Positions 27,101-35,849 of a stretch of DNA of 64,000 bases are shown one piece after another; the first letter of the stretch is position 1; each line of letters begins with the position of its first letter. Under the pieces are notes generated by a model. It saw only the letters and a program-made list of their open reading frames with translations, ran no database searches and had not been told where the DNA came from. Position numbers and translations under genes: made by a program. The stretch lies in the NCBI GenBank assembly GCA_964500835.1, contig CAZCQL010000005.1, positions 27,733-91,732 on the forward strand, read 5' to 3'. This stretch comes from an uncultured Bacteroides sp. (GTDB lineage: Bacteria > Bacteroidota > Bacteroidia > Bacteroidales > GCA-2748055).

Positions 27101-27712
27101 GTAAGCCACCGGGGTGGTGGCTGGGGCCACCCGGTCCCGGAGGAACACCTGAGGGAAGCTGTCCGCAATGGTGGTGACATCTTTTTCACTACCGATGGCA
27201 TGCAGTGCACCGATACACCCTACCTGGGTTTCGAACGCATGCTGCCCTGGTTCTGCTTCAAGTATGATGCCAGCGAATACGAGTTCTGGGCAGCCAACTG
27301 GCACACCCTTGATCCCTACTATTACGGCTGGCACCGTTTTCACAGGCAGAGTCCCTCGGCGGATGTGGTCTACTGGATGCGCTATCCTAACGGGGACGGG
27401 AACTTCATATACCCGGGTGCTCCCATCGGGGCAGGACCCCTGGTGGCCACGATACGCCTGAAACAGGCCCGGGAAGGAGTGGAGGACTTCGAGTTCTTAT
27501 ATCTCCTGGAGCAGCTGATGAAGAAGACAGGGGAAGCTGGTATGGATGTAAGTGAGGCGGAAGCCGTGATGGATGAGGCCATGTCCCTGGTGAATATTCC
27601 CTGTGCTGACGGACGCTATACCACGGATTATATGCCCGATCCGGCACTGCTGGCGGATATCCGGCACCGGGTGGCGCTGAATATTGAAGATCTGAAACAA
27701 AAACTGAAATAG
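24101..27712 (+). CDS. Large lipoprotein: CBM-like beta-sandwich repeats plus a C-terminal DUF4091 / GH123-like putative glycoside hydrolase domain
   Basis: Lipobox FCAVSSC. The CBM4_9-like starts are VQNGGFEVEGDFGILNWELDW and LVVNPFFERALKGWELEG. The DUF4091-type region has VIYVSDEPHSDEY (D953-E954, nt 26957-26962), YEFWAANWH, GDGNFIYPG and RLKQAREGVEDFEFLYLL. Confidence 0.6.
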   Translation: MKKLFPNFILAALFCAVSSCADEPDLSYPWANSLYLGHSGYWKQRIPVRVQHPGESDLKGAPLTLAIGKGKGKLPVQGVMAQSFRVTNSKGKELKCRVDDPQGGLLERGPVQVGSTFTFPLENEAGQEALYFIYFDNEKAWSEGEYLFTHREVQNGGFEVEGDFGILNWELDWPEEGRDVHWSEVAHTGSHSVEIIAENAGERRPYGATQTNIHLDPGAEYQVEAWFQTEGLEGEAGLILSPANLARTKREIRPEPVRLMAEEGTTDWHRVEIEFTAPEEANVLEVATFVSGSGLLRVDEVSIRCRSSFDPGIDIGSVERLELKEAGDSSEWFKDGGLSWPVRASITVTNFTEEDRPDYPVYVDVQMLMQRLFNEVDETTTVQLTYGNRPVPYLKTGYSLLFRQDIPPLTRKTFYLYFGGPGERGYETTTYEDLGGVTENLVVNPFFERALKGWELEGESDTRQILVENEEGQDLVRLSFRLSGEEGRTQVSDIEESHMSLDREMGISQLLDVKAGSQYYYTARVKSSQILDRPFTLRATFLDAGGEPCGDRETRRANPDMHQNFQWVDESMIIVAPEDAAKVKIELVNTVPGDIWYDDVFFMEIGTGHTGAMCVERLAEKDIEGLVLWEKPAVAKPFPDDLPVGDLEKLHLSAAGNDREPVQVLMRSREELRDLEIRVEALEGPSGEELKDIEIGTVGYVNISYPSNYIRDIVTPFWQTILPFGKIGSDGWTGPWADPILPFATFDLPPDHTTAAWIEVSVPSDAVAGIYTGQFQLLQKGKLLREIPMEMQVYDFALPEESNVKATYVLRFNEREMFGRDYSEEQWKDLLWAYMAEHRVSSKMVRPEPEVKMVDGMPVLDFTKFDKAAAYYFDTLKIASTWSPQFFYLFGWGRPPADKFGQKPYPGEYPYSDADHLKLRPEYKAVYQSALRQYWDHMKEKGWADKTVIYVSDEPHSDEYINKQMYAVCDMIHEVDPEIPIYVSTWWYRPEYEGYVDVWGVSHRGGGWGHPVPEEHLREAVRNGGDIFFTTDGMQCTDTPYLGFERMLPWFCFKYDASEYEFWAANWHTLDPYYYGWHRFHRQSPSADVVYWMRYPNGDGNFIYPGAPIGAGPLVATIRLKQAREGVEDFEFLYLLEQLMKKTGEAGMDVSEAEAVMDEAMSLVNIPCADGRYTTDYMPDPALLADIRHRVALNIEDLKQKLK

Positions 27713-27858
27713 ACTGAAGAGAAATAACTATCTGAGCATCTACCTGGGAGGCCACCCTCTTTACCTCAGAATCCATGGCGGGTCCCTGGAAAAGACTGGG
27801 AACAATGGTTGTGAATGATTCAAACCCGGGAGAAGATCTGTAACTAATACAAAGCTTT

Positions 27859-29652
27859 ATGGCACGTTCAGGGATTATGAAGTTTACTGCGATGCTCCTG
27901 GTGCTGATGGGTCTTCATTCCTGCGGAACCACAGCGGACGAGGGGATATCGGTGGAGAGTCCGGCCGGGGATCTGGTTTATTCGGAGATCATAGCCCCGG
28001 TATTTGTTGGCAGGCCACTCTCCGATGCCTATATCGGGCTGTCACGCCTGGAAGACGGGGAAATCCGTTCCTACGACTATGGGGAGCAGAGTCAGATCGA
28101 GTTGGATGAAATCCGGGAGGAGATGCGCCCGGCCCGAAAGTATATTTACAGCCGGGACAATGGTTTGAACTGGAAAATGAAGACTGTACCCGTGGGATTC
28201 ATCGGGGCCGATGTCAGAAGTCCGGTCTCAGGCGAATACCTTCGTCTGCTGGTAAGCCATGACAGCATTTTCTCGGTAAGATCTGAGGGTGGACTGGAAG
28301 GGAGCTGGACACGCCAGCTCATTGAAAGGGATACTTTTCATATGTTCGCTCCGCCGGTATTCATCAGGAATGGAAAACGGGTGCTGGTCTCCTGTCATAA
28401 GCTTTATCCGAACCGGGTGGCCCGCGTATATTACTCAGATGATGACGGCCTGAGCTGGAATCATTCGGATGTGGAGCCCACTCCTTTGCATGTGCCTACC
28501 GGCGCACACCAGGGTCCCCGTTGGCAGAATCCGGGCATCGAACCCACAGTGGTGGAGATGAAGGACGGAAGGCTGTGGATGATCCTGCGGACCGCGCAGG
28601 ACAGGCACTACCAGTGTTTTTCCCGTGATGGGGGTGAAAGCTGGACGACCCCGGAGCCCTCCCCGTTTTATGGCACTATTACCATGCCCCGGATCGGGCG
28701 ACTTTCTGATGGCCGACTGCTATTCATCTGGAACAATACCACCCCACTTCCGGAGCTTTCACCCGATGATCCCATCAAGGCGGTGCTGCCCCTGACTTCC
28801 AGGGACGGGACCTGGGAGGATGTTTTCACAAATCGTTCAGCCCTTCATGCGGCCATATCCGAGGATGAGGGGAAGACCTGGAGGGGATTCCGTGAACTCT
28901 ACCTGGATACACGCAGGAATGCGGCTGACTATGCGGAATCAGGTGGCATTGATCATTCTGTCCACCAGAGTCAGTTCGTAGAAACAGATGGTGGTAAGAT
29001 ACTTGTGGCCTTCGGTCAGCATCCCCTGCACCGGGCCATGGTCCTCTTTGATCAGGACTGGTTGTATGAAACCTCAAGGGAGACTGATTTCAGCGAGGGA
29101 CTGGAGGACTGGTGTGTTTATAAGTTCGTGGCGGAGATCCGGGGGCATTGCAGCTTCAACCGGAAGACCGGAGCTTATCTTGCCGATCATCCGGACAGGC
29201 CCGGGGATAAGGTCCTGCATGTACGCCGACCCGAGGATCCCTCCCTGTTGATTGAGAATGACGGGGCGGTCTGGAACTTCCCGGCCGGACTTAGCGGAGA
29301 ACTCACTACTTTGGTATTGCTCCCCGAAGGGAGCCAGGGTTTCCGGATCAATCTCAGCGACCGCTGGTTCAATCCTATCGATACTACGGCCTGGCACTTT
29401 GCAATGTACAGCCTGGTGCCGGAATTGACTCAGGGTGTGTGGCACGAACTACGTTTCCGGTGGGATGGCCTGAGCCCGGAGAAAGACCAATATTGTAAAC
29501 TCTTCTTAGATGCTTCTGCAGATCCAATCCTTCTTCCCCTGAACAGGGAAAGCGAACATGGCATTAGCTACGTACATTTCATCTCCAATGCCTCGTCTCC
29601 AGATCCGGCGGGTCTAATGATCGAATCAGTTAAAGTAAACCTTGATTTATGA
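27859..29652 (+). CDS. BNR/Asp-box repeat beta-propeller protein (sialidase-superfamily-like), lipoprotein
   Basis: Four Asp-boxes: SRDNGLNW, SDDDGLSW, SRDGGESW, SEDEGKTW. Lipobox LMGLHSC. I did not see a canonical FRIP motif. An alternative start is at 27877. Confidence 0.7.
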   Translation: MARSGIMKFTAMLLVLMGLHSCGTTADEGISVESPAGDLVYSEIIAPVFVGRPLSDAYIGLSRLEDGEIRSYDYGEQSQIELDEIREEMRPARKYIYSRDNGLNWKMKTVPVGFIGADVRSPVSGEYLRLLVSHDSIFSVRSEGGLEGSWTRQLIERDTFHMFAPPVFIRNGKRVLVSCHKLYPNRVARVYYSDDDGLSWNHSDVEPTPLHVPTGAHQGPRWQNPGIEPTVVEMKDGRLWMILRTAQDRHYQCFSRDGGESWTTPEPSPFYGTITMPRIGRLSDGRLLFIWNNTTPLPELSPDDPIKAVLPLTSRDGTWEDVFTNRSALHAAISEDEGKTWRGFRELYLDTRRNAADYAESGGIDHSVHQSQFVETDGGKILVAFGQHPLHRAMVLFDQDWLYETSRETDFSEGLEDWCVYKFVAEIRGHCSFNRKTGAYLADHPDRPGDKVLHVRRPEDPSLLIENDGAVWNFPAGLSGELTTLVLLPEGSQGFRINLSDRWFNPIDTTAWHFAMYSLVPELTQGVWHELRFRWDGLSPEKDQYCKLFLDASADPILLPLNRESEHGISYVHFISNASSPDPAGLMIESVKVNLDL

Positions 29653-30217
29653 AAAAAGCATTATTGGTATTGCTTCTGGTGTCTGTGACTTCTTTTCAGG
29701 CTTTTTCGGGTGACTACCACATCGACAATTATGGAGCGAAGGGTGACGGTGTTTCCCTGGACACAAAAGCCATCCAGGCTGCCATAGATGAATGTACGGA
29801 AGATGGAGGTGGAAGGGTGATCATTCCTGCGGGTAAAATCTATCTCATTGGCACCATTTACCTGAAAAGCCACGTGACCCTCTATCTTGAGAACGGTTCC
29901 CTCATGCGTGCAAGTACCGATATGGCGCACTATGGAGAGGATACCTACAGGACCCGTTACAAGATGGAAAAGCATATGAACCAGTGCCTCATCTATTCCG
30001 AGGATGCGGATAATATCGCCATCGAGGGTTACGGCACCATCGACGGTAACGGCTTTAAGAAGTACTTCAATTCCACTACCTGAATAATATCCAGATCAGA
30101 ACGGTTTCGGACGAGGCCAGGCCTCCCATCGTATTTGATGATGTTTCCGGGTATGTGGTGAATGAGCTTTATTCAGAAGGGCAAAAAATTGAAGATGTGG
30201 TAGTTATTAAAAAATAG
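29649..30217 (+). pseudogene. GH28 / pectate-lyase-superfamily glycosidase with an internal deletion and frameshift
   Basis: The 144-aa ORF carries only the N-terminus (YHIDNYGAKGDGVSLDTKAIQAAIDECTEDGGGRVIIPAGKIYL...IEGYGTIDGNG) and stops at 30081-30083. The -1 frame continues as LNNIQIRTVSDEARPPIVFDDVSGYVVNELYSEGQKIEDVVVIKK* to 30217, which looks like the family C-terminus. About 300 aa of parallel beta-helix are missing. Confidence 0.65.
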
Positions 30218-30281
30218 AATATGAGGAATATAAGCTTGAAAATTGGAATTACCGAATTAGAGTATTTATAAAATTATACCT

Positions 30282-31751
30282 ATGAAAAAGAATTCACTGT
30301 TTCTGTTTTCCCTTCTGTCTGCATGGATGTTCCTTCCCTCTTGTTTGAGTTCGGGAACAGTTGATACAGCGCAAGAGGAAGAGGCTGTGATCGCGGTAAT
30401 CGAGGAAGAGAAGGCAGCCTTCTATGCTGCTGATATCGATCGGATAGCGGCCACATGGGTGAACGATGAAAGCGCCCGCAAGCTTGTGGTCAAGGGGGAG
30501 GAAAGAAGTGAGACCGTGGGTATTGAGGCCATTCTTGAAGGTGACCGGAAGGCCCTCGAAAGGGAGATAGATGGAGAGACCCGGTGGGAAAGCGGCTACC
30601 AGGACTATGAGATTAGTGTGAACGGAACCTCGGCTGAAGCCAAATACATCAGCTGGCATCGCGCAAGCAATGAGGAGGGTATAAAGGAAACCCGTTTCAG
30701 GAGGGTGACGCAGCTGGTGAAAAAGGACGGAAAGTGGCTCATGAAGGAGGTCAGCCTGCAGTTGATCAACGAGAAGAACTATCCACCCATCGAAGAATCC
30801 TGGTTGTCAGCGAGTCTTGCGGAAAAGGGAACACTTATTCTTAAGGAGGAGGACTATATTGTCTGGGGTTGTTCACCGGTCTACGATGATGAGGGGAAGG
30901 TGCACGTGTTCTATTCACGCTGGCCAAAGGAAGGTGGATCATGGCTGGTGGATAGCGAGATCGCCCATGCGGTGGCCGATCATCCTGAAGGCCCTTACGA
31001 GTTGCTTGGAACCGTAATGAAGGGCAGAGGACCGGGCTACTGGGATGCCAACTCCATCCATAATCCCTCCGTTTACAGGGTGGATGATAAGTATGTAATG
31101 ATGTATATCGGGAACGATACGACCAAAGCCGATAGCCGGAGAGAGAGGGCACCCGAGGCCGGTACCCAGCGCACGGGGATGGCCATTGCCGATTCCCCTT
31201 ACGGACCCTGGACCCGCTTTGATGCCCCCATGATCGATGTGGATCCCGATTCCATGGCCTGGGATGGTTATTGTACTGTGAACCCGGGTTTTGTGAAACA
31301 TCCCAATGGAGAATACTGGATCTATTACCGGGCCTGGGACCGGGACAATGACGACCGGCGGAAAACTGGTGTGGCTTTTGCAAAGAACCTGACCGGACCC
31401 TATGTGAAGTATGAGGGGAATCCTGTGATTGATAAGTTTGAAGGGGTGGACGGGCAGACCGAAGACCCCACCATGTTTTACTACAATGGGAAGTTCCATT
31501 GTGTGATCCGGGATATGGGGAACTGGGATTGGTTTTCCAGTCTTTACATGGAGTCGGAGGACGGACTCCACTGGTCCTACCCGAAGCGGGCCAAGCACGC
31601 GGGATATACCTATTACAACATGCCCCAGGGGGGACGTTGCGAGAGGGACCAGATCCTGATGAAGAACGGGGTGCCCGAGTACCTTTTCAGTGCCTGCCAG
31701 ATGCCCGGTGGGGGTCAGGGAGGATGTATAAAAATAGTAGTAGAAGGATAG
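30282..31751 (+). CDS. NTF2/DUF4440-like N-terminal domain fused to an uncharacterised beta-propeller-like putative glycoside hydrolase (GH43/GH117-like fold guess)
   Basis: Lipobox FLPSC. The N-terminal part is VIAVIEEEKAAFYAADIDRIAATWVND...KDGKWLMKEVSLQ. The C-terminal half is paralogous to 43930-44955 (CSPVYDDEGKVHVFYSRWP, HAVADHPEGPYELLG, HNPSVYRVDDKYVMMY, GMAIADSPYGPWTR). Confidence 0.45.
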   Translation: MKKNSLFLFSLLSAWMFLPSCLSSGTVDTAQEEEAVIAVIEEEKAAFYAADIDRIAATWVNDESARKLVVKGEERSETVGIEAILEGDRKALEREIDGETRWESGYQDYEISVNGTSAEAKYISWHRASNEEGIKETRFRRVTQLVKKDGKWLMKEVSLQLINEKNYPPIEESWLSASLAEKGTLILKEEDYIVWGCSPVYDDEGKVHVFYSRWPKEGGSWLVDSEIAHAVADHPEGPYELLGTVMKGRGPGYWDANSIHNPSVYRVDDKYVMMYIGNDTTKADSRRERAPEAGTQRTGMAIADSPYGPWTRFDAPMIDVDPDSMAWDGYCTVNPGFVKHPNGEYWIYYRAWDRDNDDRRKTGVAFAKNLTGPYVKYEGNPVIDKFEGVDGQTEDPTMFYYNGKFHCVIRDMGNWDWFSSLYMESEDGLHWSYPKRAKHAGYTYYNMPQGGRCERDQILMKNGVPEYLFSACQMPGGGQGGCIKIVVEG

Positions 31752-31801
31752 TAAACTATTTCAGCAGGTTGACTTCCATAAAGACCGGTGATTTATTGCA
31801 C

Positions 31802-33370
31802 TTATTTCTCTTCCATGAACCAGACCTGGGGCCAGTTACCCGATATGCTGTCATTGGATTGTGCCAGTCCGGGTGTGCTTCGGCCTTCCCGGATATATCT
31901 GGTTAACAGTGATCTCAGTTCCGCAACTTTTTCCGGTTCCTGCGCCTGGAGATTGTGGGTCTCTGCCACATCTTCTGCCAGGTTGTAGAGCTGGATCTGC
32001 GGCAGAGTGTCAATCTCCATGCATTGTTTGGGGGTGGGAAAGCTCCAGCCCCCCGATCCGGGACAGGTAATCAGTTTCCAGTCCCCCTTCCGGATGGCAA
32101 AATCACCTGAAATTGAGTGATGCACGGTAGCCTCCCGAAGCGGGACCTCAGGCTGCGGTTGATCAAACAGCGGACTCAGGTCATAGCTGTCTTCCCCTTC
32201 ATTGTCACTGACTTCATAACCCGTCAGGCTTGCAAGTGTGGAGAAGAGGTCGGTGGTACATACCACCTCTTTGCATACCGATCCGGGCTGTATGCGTGCA
32301 GGCCATTTAATAATGAAGGGCTCACGATGGCCCCCTTCATAGATGTCGGCCTTATTACCCCTATATAAATAGCTTGGATCGTGTCCGAATTCGGCCAGTT
32401 TTTCAAAGTTCGCCCTGGGTGAACAACCGTTGTCACTAATGAAAAAGATCAGTGTGTTTTCCTCAATCCCGGACTCCCGGATAGCTGCCTCCAATTGCCC
32501 CATGTAATCATCCACCATGAGCACAAAATCAGCATAGGGATTGAGACCGCTTTTACCCTGCCATTCTTTCGTGGGCAGGATGGGAGTGTGGGGGGAGGGG
32601 AGCGCCAGGTAAAGGAAGAAAGGCTGATCCTCCACGGAACGCTCCTTAATCAGCTTAATGGCCCGCCGGAAGAAATTGGGTGTGACATCCTCATGGATAA
32701 AGTCACTTCCTGTGGGTCCCTTCCTCCAGAATCCATAGCTGTCCTTATTTACCGTTTCCCTGTCCGGAAGGGCAGTAACCTTTCCGTTTTCCACATACAC
32801 ATAGGGGGCCATATCAAGGGAACCGCAGTGCCCGTAGGAATAATCAAAACCCAGGGTATCCGGTCCGTTTTCCACCGGTGCGCTAAAATCGATCTTTGTG
32901 TTTCCAAATTCCCAGGTAGTTTCGTTTGAAATTTCTTCTCCCTCGATGGCCCAGTCCCAGCCCAGGTGCCATTTGCCTAAAAAGGCCGTATAATAACCCG
33001 ATTCCTTCAGCATAGAGGCCAGGGTGGACCTCTCCGGGGGGATCAGGGCCCTGGAGGTGCCTGACAATACACGGCTCTTCAACCTGCTTCTCCAGTTATA
33101 CCTGCCGGTTAGCAATCCATATCGCGTAGGAGTACATACAGCGGATGAGGTATGGGCATCAGTGAAGCGCATGCCTTCTTCTGCCATCTCATCAAGGTGC
33201 ATGGTGTTGATTTTCCCGTTCTCGTTAAAGCAGGAGAGGTCGCCTATTCCCAGGTCATCGGCAAGGACAACAATGATATTGGGTAATTCATTTTCGGTCG
33301 TGCCCTGCGTGCACGATACAGTGATAGTCAGTGACAGGAATATGATCAGATATTTTAAATAGTTTGACAT
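31802..33370 (-). CDS. Sulfatase (Cys-type FGly)
   Basis: PNIIVVLADDLGIGD. FGly motif is CTPTRYGLLTGRYNWRS. GKWHLG is present. Confidence 0.9.
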   Translation of the reverse strand: MSNYLKYLIIFLSLTITVSCTQGTTENELPNIIVVLADDLGIGDLSCFNENGKINTMHLDEMAEEGMRFTDAHTSSAVCTPTRYGLLTGRYNWRSRLKSRVLSGTSRALIPPERSTLASMLKESGYYTAFLGKWHLGWDWAIEGEEISNETTWEFGNTKIDFSAPVENGPDTLGFDYSYGHCGSLDMAPYVYVENGKVTALPDRETVNKDSYGFWRKGPTGSDFIHEDVTPNFFRRAIKLIKERSVEDQPFFLYLALPSPHTPILPTKEWQGKSGLNPYADFVLMVDDYMGQLEAAIRESGIEENTLIFFISDNGCSPRANFEKLAEFGHDPSYLYRGNKADIYEGGHREPFIIKWPARIQPGSVCKEVVCTTDLFSTLASLTGYEVSDNEGEDSYDLSPLFDQPQPEVPLREATVHHSISGDFAIRKGDWKLITCPGSGGWSFPTPKQCMEIDTLPQIQLYNLAEDVAETHNLQAQEPEKVAELRSLLTRYIREGRSTPGLAQSNDSISGNWPQVWFMEEK

Positions 33371-33382
33371 AGTGTAAATGAA

Positions 33383-34669
33383 TTAGTCTTTCAACGCTAA
33401 ATAGGAGCGTCTTCCATAAATGGCAATAACAATGAAACTGATAAAGGGAAGAATAAAGGAAGCATTTTCAGCTGGCAAGGGTCCTACGGTTTCCAGATCA
33501 ATAATCATGCCTTGCAGTGGAGGCATCAGTGCTCCGCCCACGATTGCCATGACCAGTCCGGCAGCACCCAGGCTGGCATCCTCTCCCACATCCTTCAGTG
33601 CAATCCCGTAAATGGTGGGGAACATCAGTGACATGAATGCGGAGGTGGCTATGAGACAGTACAATCCGGTCATGCCATCAATGAGAATGGTTCCCAGGAT
33701 AGTGGCTATGCCACCCATGGCGAAGATCATCAGCATTTTACGGGCATTCACATAACGCATCATGAGGGTGGCAATAAAGCGGCTACTGAGGAAGATCCCC
33801 ATGGCTACCATGTTGTAGAGTTGGGCTGTAGCCTTGTCGATTCCCAGGCGGCCTGCATACTGGATGATGAAAGTCCAGCACATGATCTGAGCCGCTACAT
33901 AGAAGACCTGGGCCAGCACACCTTCCCGGTAGATTTTGTTTCTAAGAAGCCTTCTGAACGAGTCTCCTGCTCTGGTAGACTCTGTGTGTCCTGATGCGGG
34001 CATTTTCACCAGGGCTATGATCACAAACATCATGATAACCACGACTCCGAGGATCACATAGGGATTCCGGATAATCATCAGGTCATGGGTCCGGATAACT
34101 GCCTTGGTGGCTTCGTCGAGGGAGGGAAATATCAGCTCGCCAGCGGCATTCCGCTTGTCCGAATCGAGGGCTGCCAGGATGACCCGGGATGCCACGAACA
34201 TGCCCAGAAGCGATCCCATGGGATTGAAGGACTGGCTCAGGTTCAGTCTCTGGGTGGCATTCTGTGAGCTCCCCAGGGAGAGGATAAAGGGATTTGCTGT
34301 TGTTTCCAGGAAGGCCAGGCCGAAGGTAAGGATGTACAACGACAGCAGGAAAAAGCTGAACGCCTCGTAGCGGGCAGCAGGCCAGAACAGGAGGGCTCCC
34401 GCCGCATATAGTACAAGGCCCAGCAATATTCCTTTTTTATAATTGTATTTCCTTACAAACAGGGCTGCAGGAATGGCCATGGTGGCATAACCGCCATAAA
34501 AGGCAAGCTGTATCAGTGAGGCTTTGGCATTGCTGATTTCCATGACAGTCTTAAAAGCCGCTACCATAGGATTGGTAATGTCGTTGGCAAAGCCCCACAA
34601 GGCGAATAAACTTGTTATGAGAATAAAGGGGACAAGGAACTTCCTTTCCACCAGGGATCCCTTTTTCAT
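33383..34669 (-). CDS. fucP: MFS sugar transporter, L-fucose:H+ symporter family
   Basis: About 12 TM segments. The N-terminal block FILITSLFALWGFANDITNPMVAAFKTVMEISNAKASLIQLAFYGGYATMAIPAALFVRKY is characteristic of FucP / glucose-galactose transporters. The genomic context has two GH29 fucosidases. Confidence 0.7.
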   Translation of the reverse strand: MKKGSLVERKFLVPFILITSLFALWGFANDITNPMVAAFKTVMEISNAKASLIQLAFYGGYATMAIPAALFVRKYNYKKGILLGLVLYAAGALLFWPAARYEAFSFFLLSLYILTFGLAFLETTANPFILSLGSSQNATQRLNLSQSFNPMGSLLGMFVASRVILAALDSDKRNAAGELIFPSLDEATKAVIRTHDLMIIRNPYVILGVVVIMMFVIIALVKMPASGHTESTRAGDSFRRLLRNKIYREGVLAQVFYVAAQIMCWTFIIQYAGRLGIDKATAQLYNMVAMGIFLSSRFIATLMMRYVNARKMLMIFAMGGIATILGTILIDGMTGLYCLIATSAFMSLMFPTIYGIALKDVGEDASLGAAGLVMAIVGGALMPPLQGMIIDLETVGPLPAENASFILPFISFIVIAIYGRRSYLALKD

Positions 34670-34778
34670 CTTAGTTTGTGTCAGATTATTTTCTAAGGAT
34701 GCGTAAAGATGTTTGAAATAGCTCTGTTTTGCAATGCTTAAAAATTATAAATTTGTGTCTGAAATCAATATTTAATCT
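34670..34778. promoter_or_regulatory. Divergent control region between fucP and the AraC regulator, with a direct repeat TGTnTGAAAT
   Basis: TGTTTGAAAT at 34710-34719 and TGTCTGAAAT at 34756-34765, spaced 46 bp apart. The operator function is inferred, not shown. Confidence 0.3.
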
Positions 34779-35711
34779 ATGGGAGCCTTATCCAAGGTGC
34801 CAGACAGGGGAGATCCTTCAGATGTGCTTCAATTATTTCCCCGCTTCAACCTGCAGGTTCTCTGCTGTCGTTACTGGTGGCTGAGCCGCTGGGAGTTCCG
34901 GGAACTGTCCTATCCATACTGGCGGGTGTATCACAACAGCAGGGAGGGTGCAGAAATAATATATGATGGAAAAGAATACCCGCTCCGGCCGGAAAAGATT
35001 CTGATGATCGCTCCAAATACTTCCTACTCAACACATATCGAAAATTACCAGGTACCGGACATTGGTTACAAGCTTGAAGGGGCCCGCATTGTAGGGAAGG
35101 AGGAAGAAGCGTTCATGGCCGATGAGAAGATCCTGCACCTCTTTATTCATTTCAACATCGGGGTCCCCTATGATCATATCTCCCCGGGGATCTTTGAGTT
35201 TCCTCTTACCAGCCATCTTCAGGAGAAGCTGAAAATCATTAAGAACCATTTGATGGAGAATTACTCCACCTTTGATTTTTACACCCTCCTGTCCATACAT
35301 TCCCTTCTCAGCGACATGCTGTCCTTTGTGCCTGAATCAAGATGGGACATGATGTCCAACGACCACAGGATTCTCCAGGTCCTCAGTTATATTGAGTCCT
35401 GTATGGATGGGGAACTTTCAAACAAGGTGCTGGCTTCAAAGGCTTCCCTGGCTACCAATTCCTTTAATCGCCTTTTTACTGAAGACATAGGCATCCCGCC
35501 CCAGAAATATGTGAAAAAGATGCGTATCAACAGGGCCTGTGCGTTGCTGCACCACTCCACATATACCATCGAGCAGGTGGCCAATGAAACTGGATTTGCG
35601 GACCGATATCATTTTTCCAAGATCTTTAAGAATCTGACCGGGCTTTCACCAGCCATGTACCGCAAGGAGTTTGGAGTAAAACAGGGAATGGCAGTTCAAC
35701 GACCATTTTAA
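34779..35711 (+). CDS. AraC-family transcriptional regulator
   Basis: C-terminal double HTH: LASKASLATNSFNRLFTEDIGIPPQKYVKKMRINRACALL...IEQVANETGFADRYHFSKIFKNLTGLSPAMYRKE. Confidence 0.85.
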   Translation: MGALSKVPDRGDPSDVLQLFPRFNLQVLCCRYWWLSRWEFRELSYPYWRVYHNSREGAEIIYDGKEYPLRPEKILMIAPNTSYSTHIENYQVPDIGYKLEGARIVGKEEEAFMADEKILHLFIHFNIGVPYDHISPGIFEFPLTSHLQEKLKIIKNHLMENYSTFDFYTLLSIHSLLSDMLSFVPESRWDMMSNDHRILQVLSYIESCMDGELSNKVLASKASLATNSFNRLFTEDIGIPPQKYVKKMRINRACALLHHSTYTIEQVANETGFADRYHFSKIFKNLTGLSPAMYRKEFGVKQGMAVQRPF

Positions 35712-35849
35712 ACAATACTAATTCAGCCTTGCCTTCAGCAGGGGTTTCAGTATCAGGCATAGAATAACCGGCCAAAAGGAGGGTGATTCCTGCTGCGCAG
35801 AGGATTCTAAGCATATGAGTTATCATATGAGCCAGCTTTCTTTCCTGTA

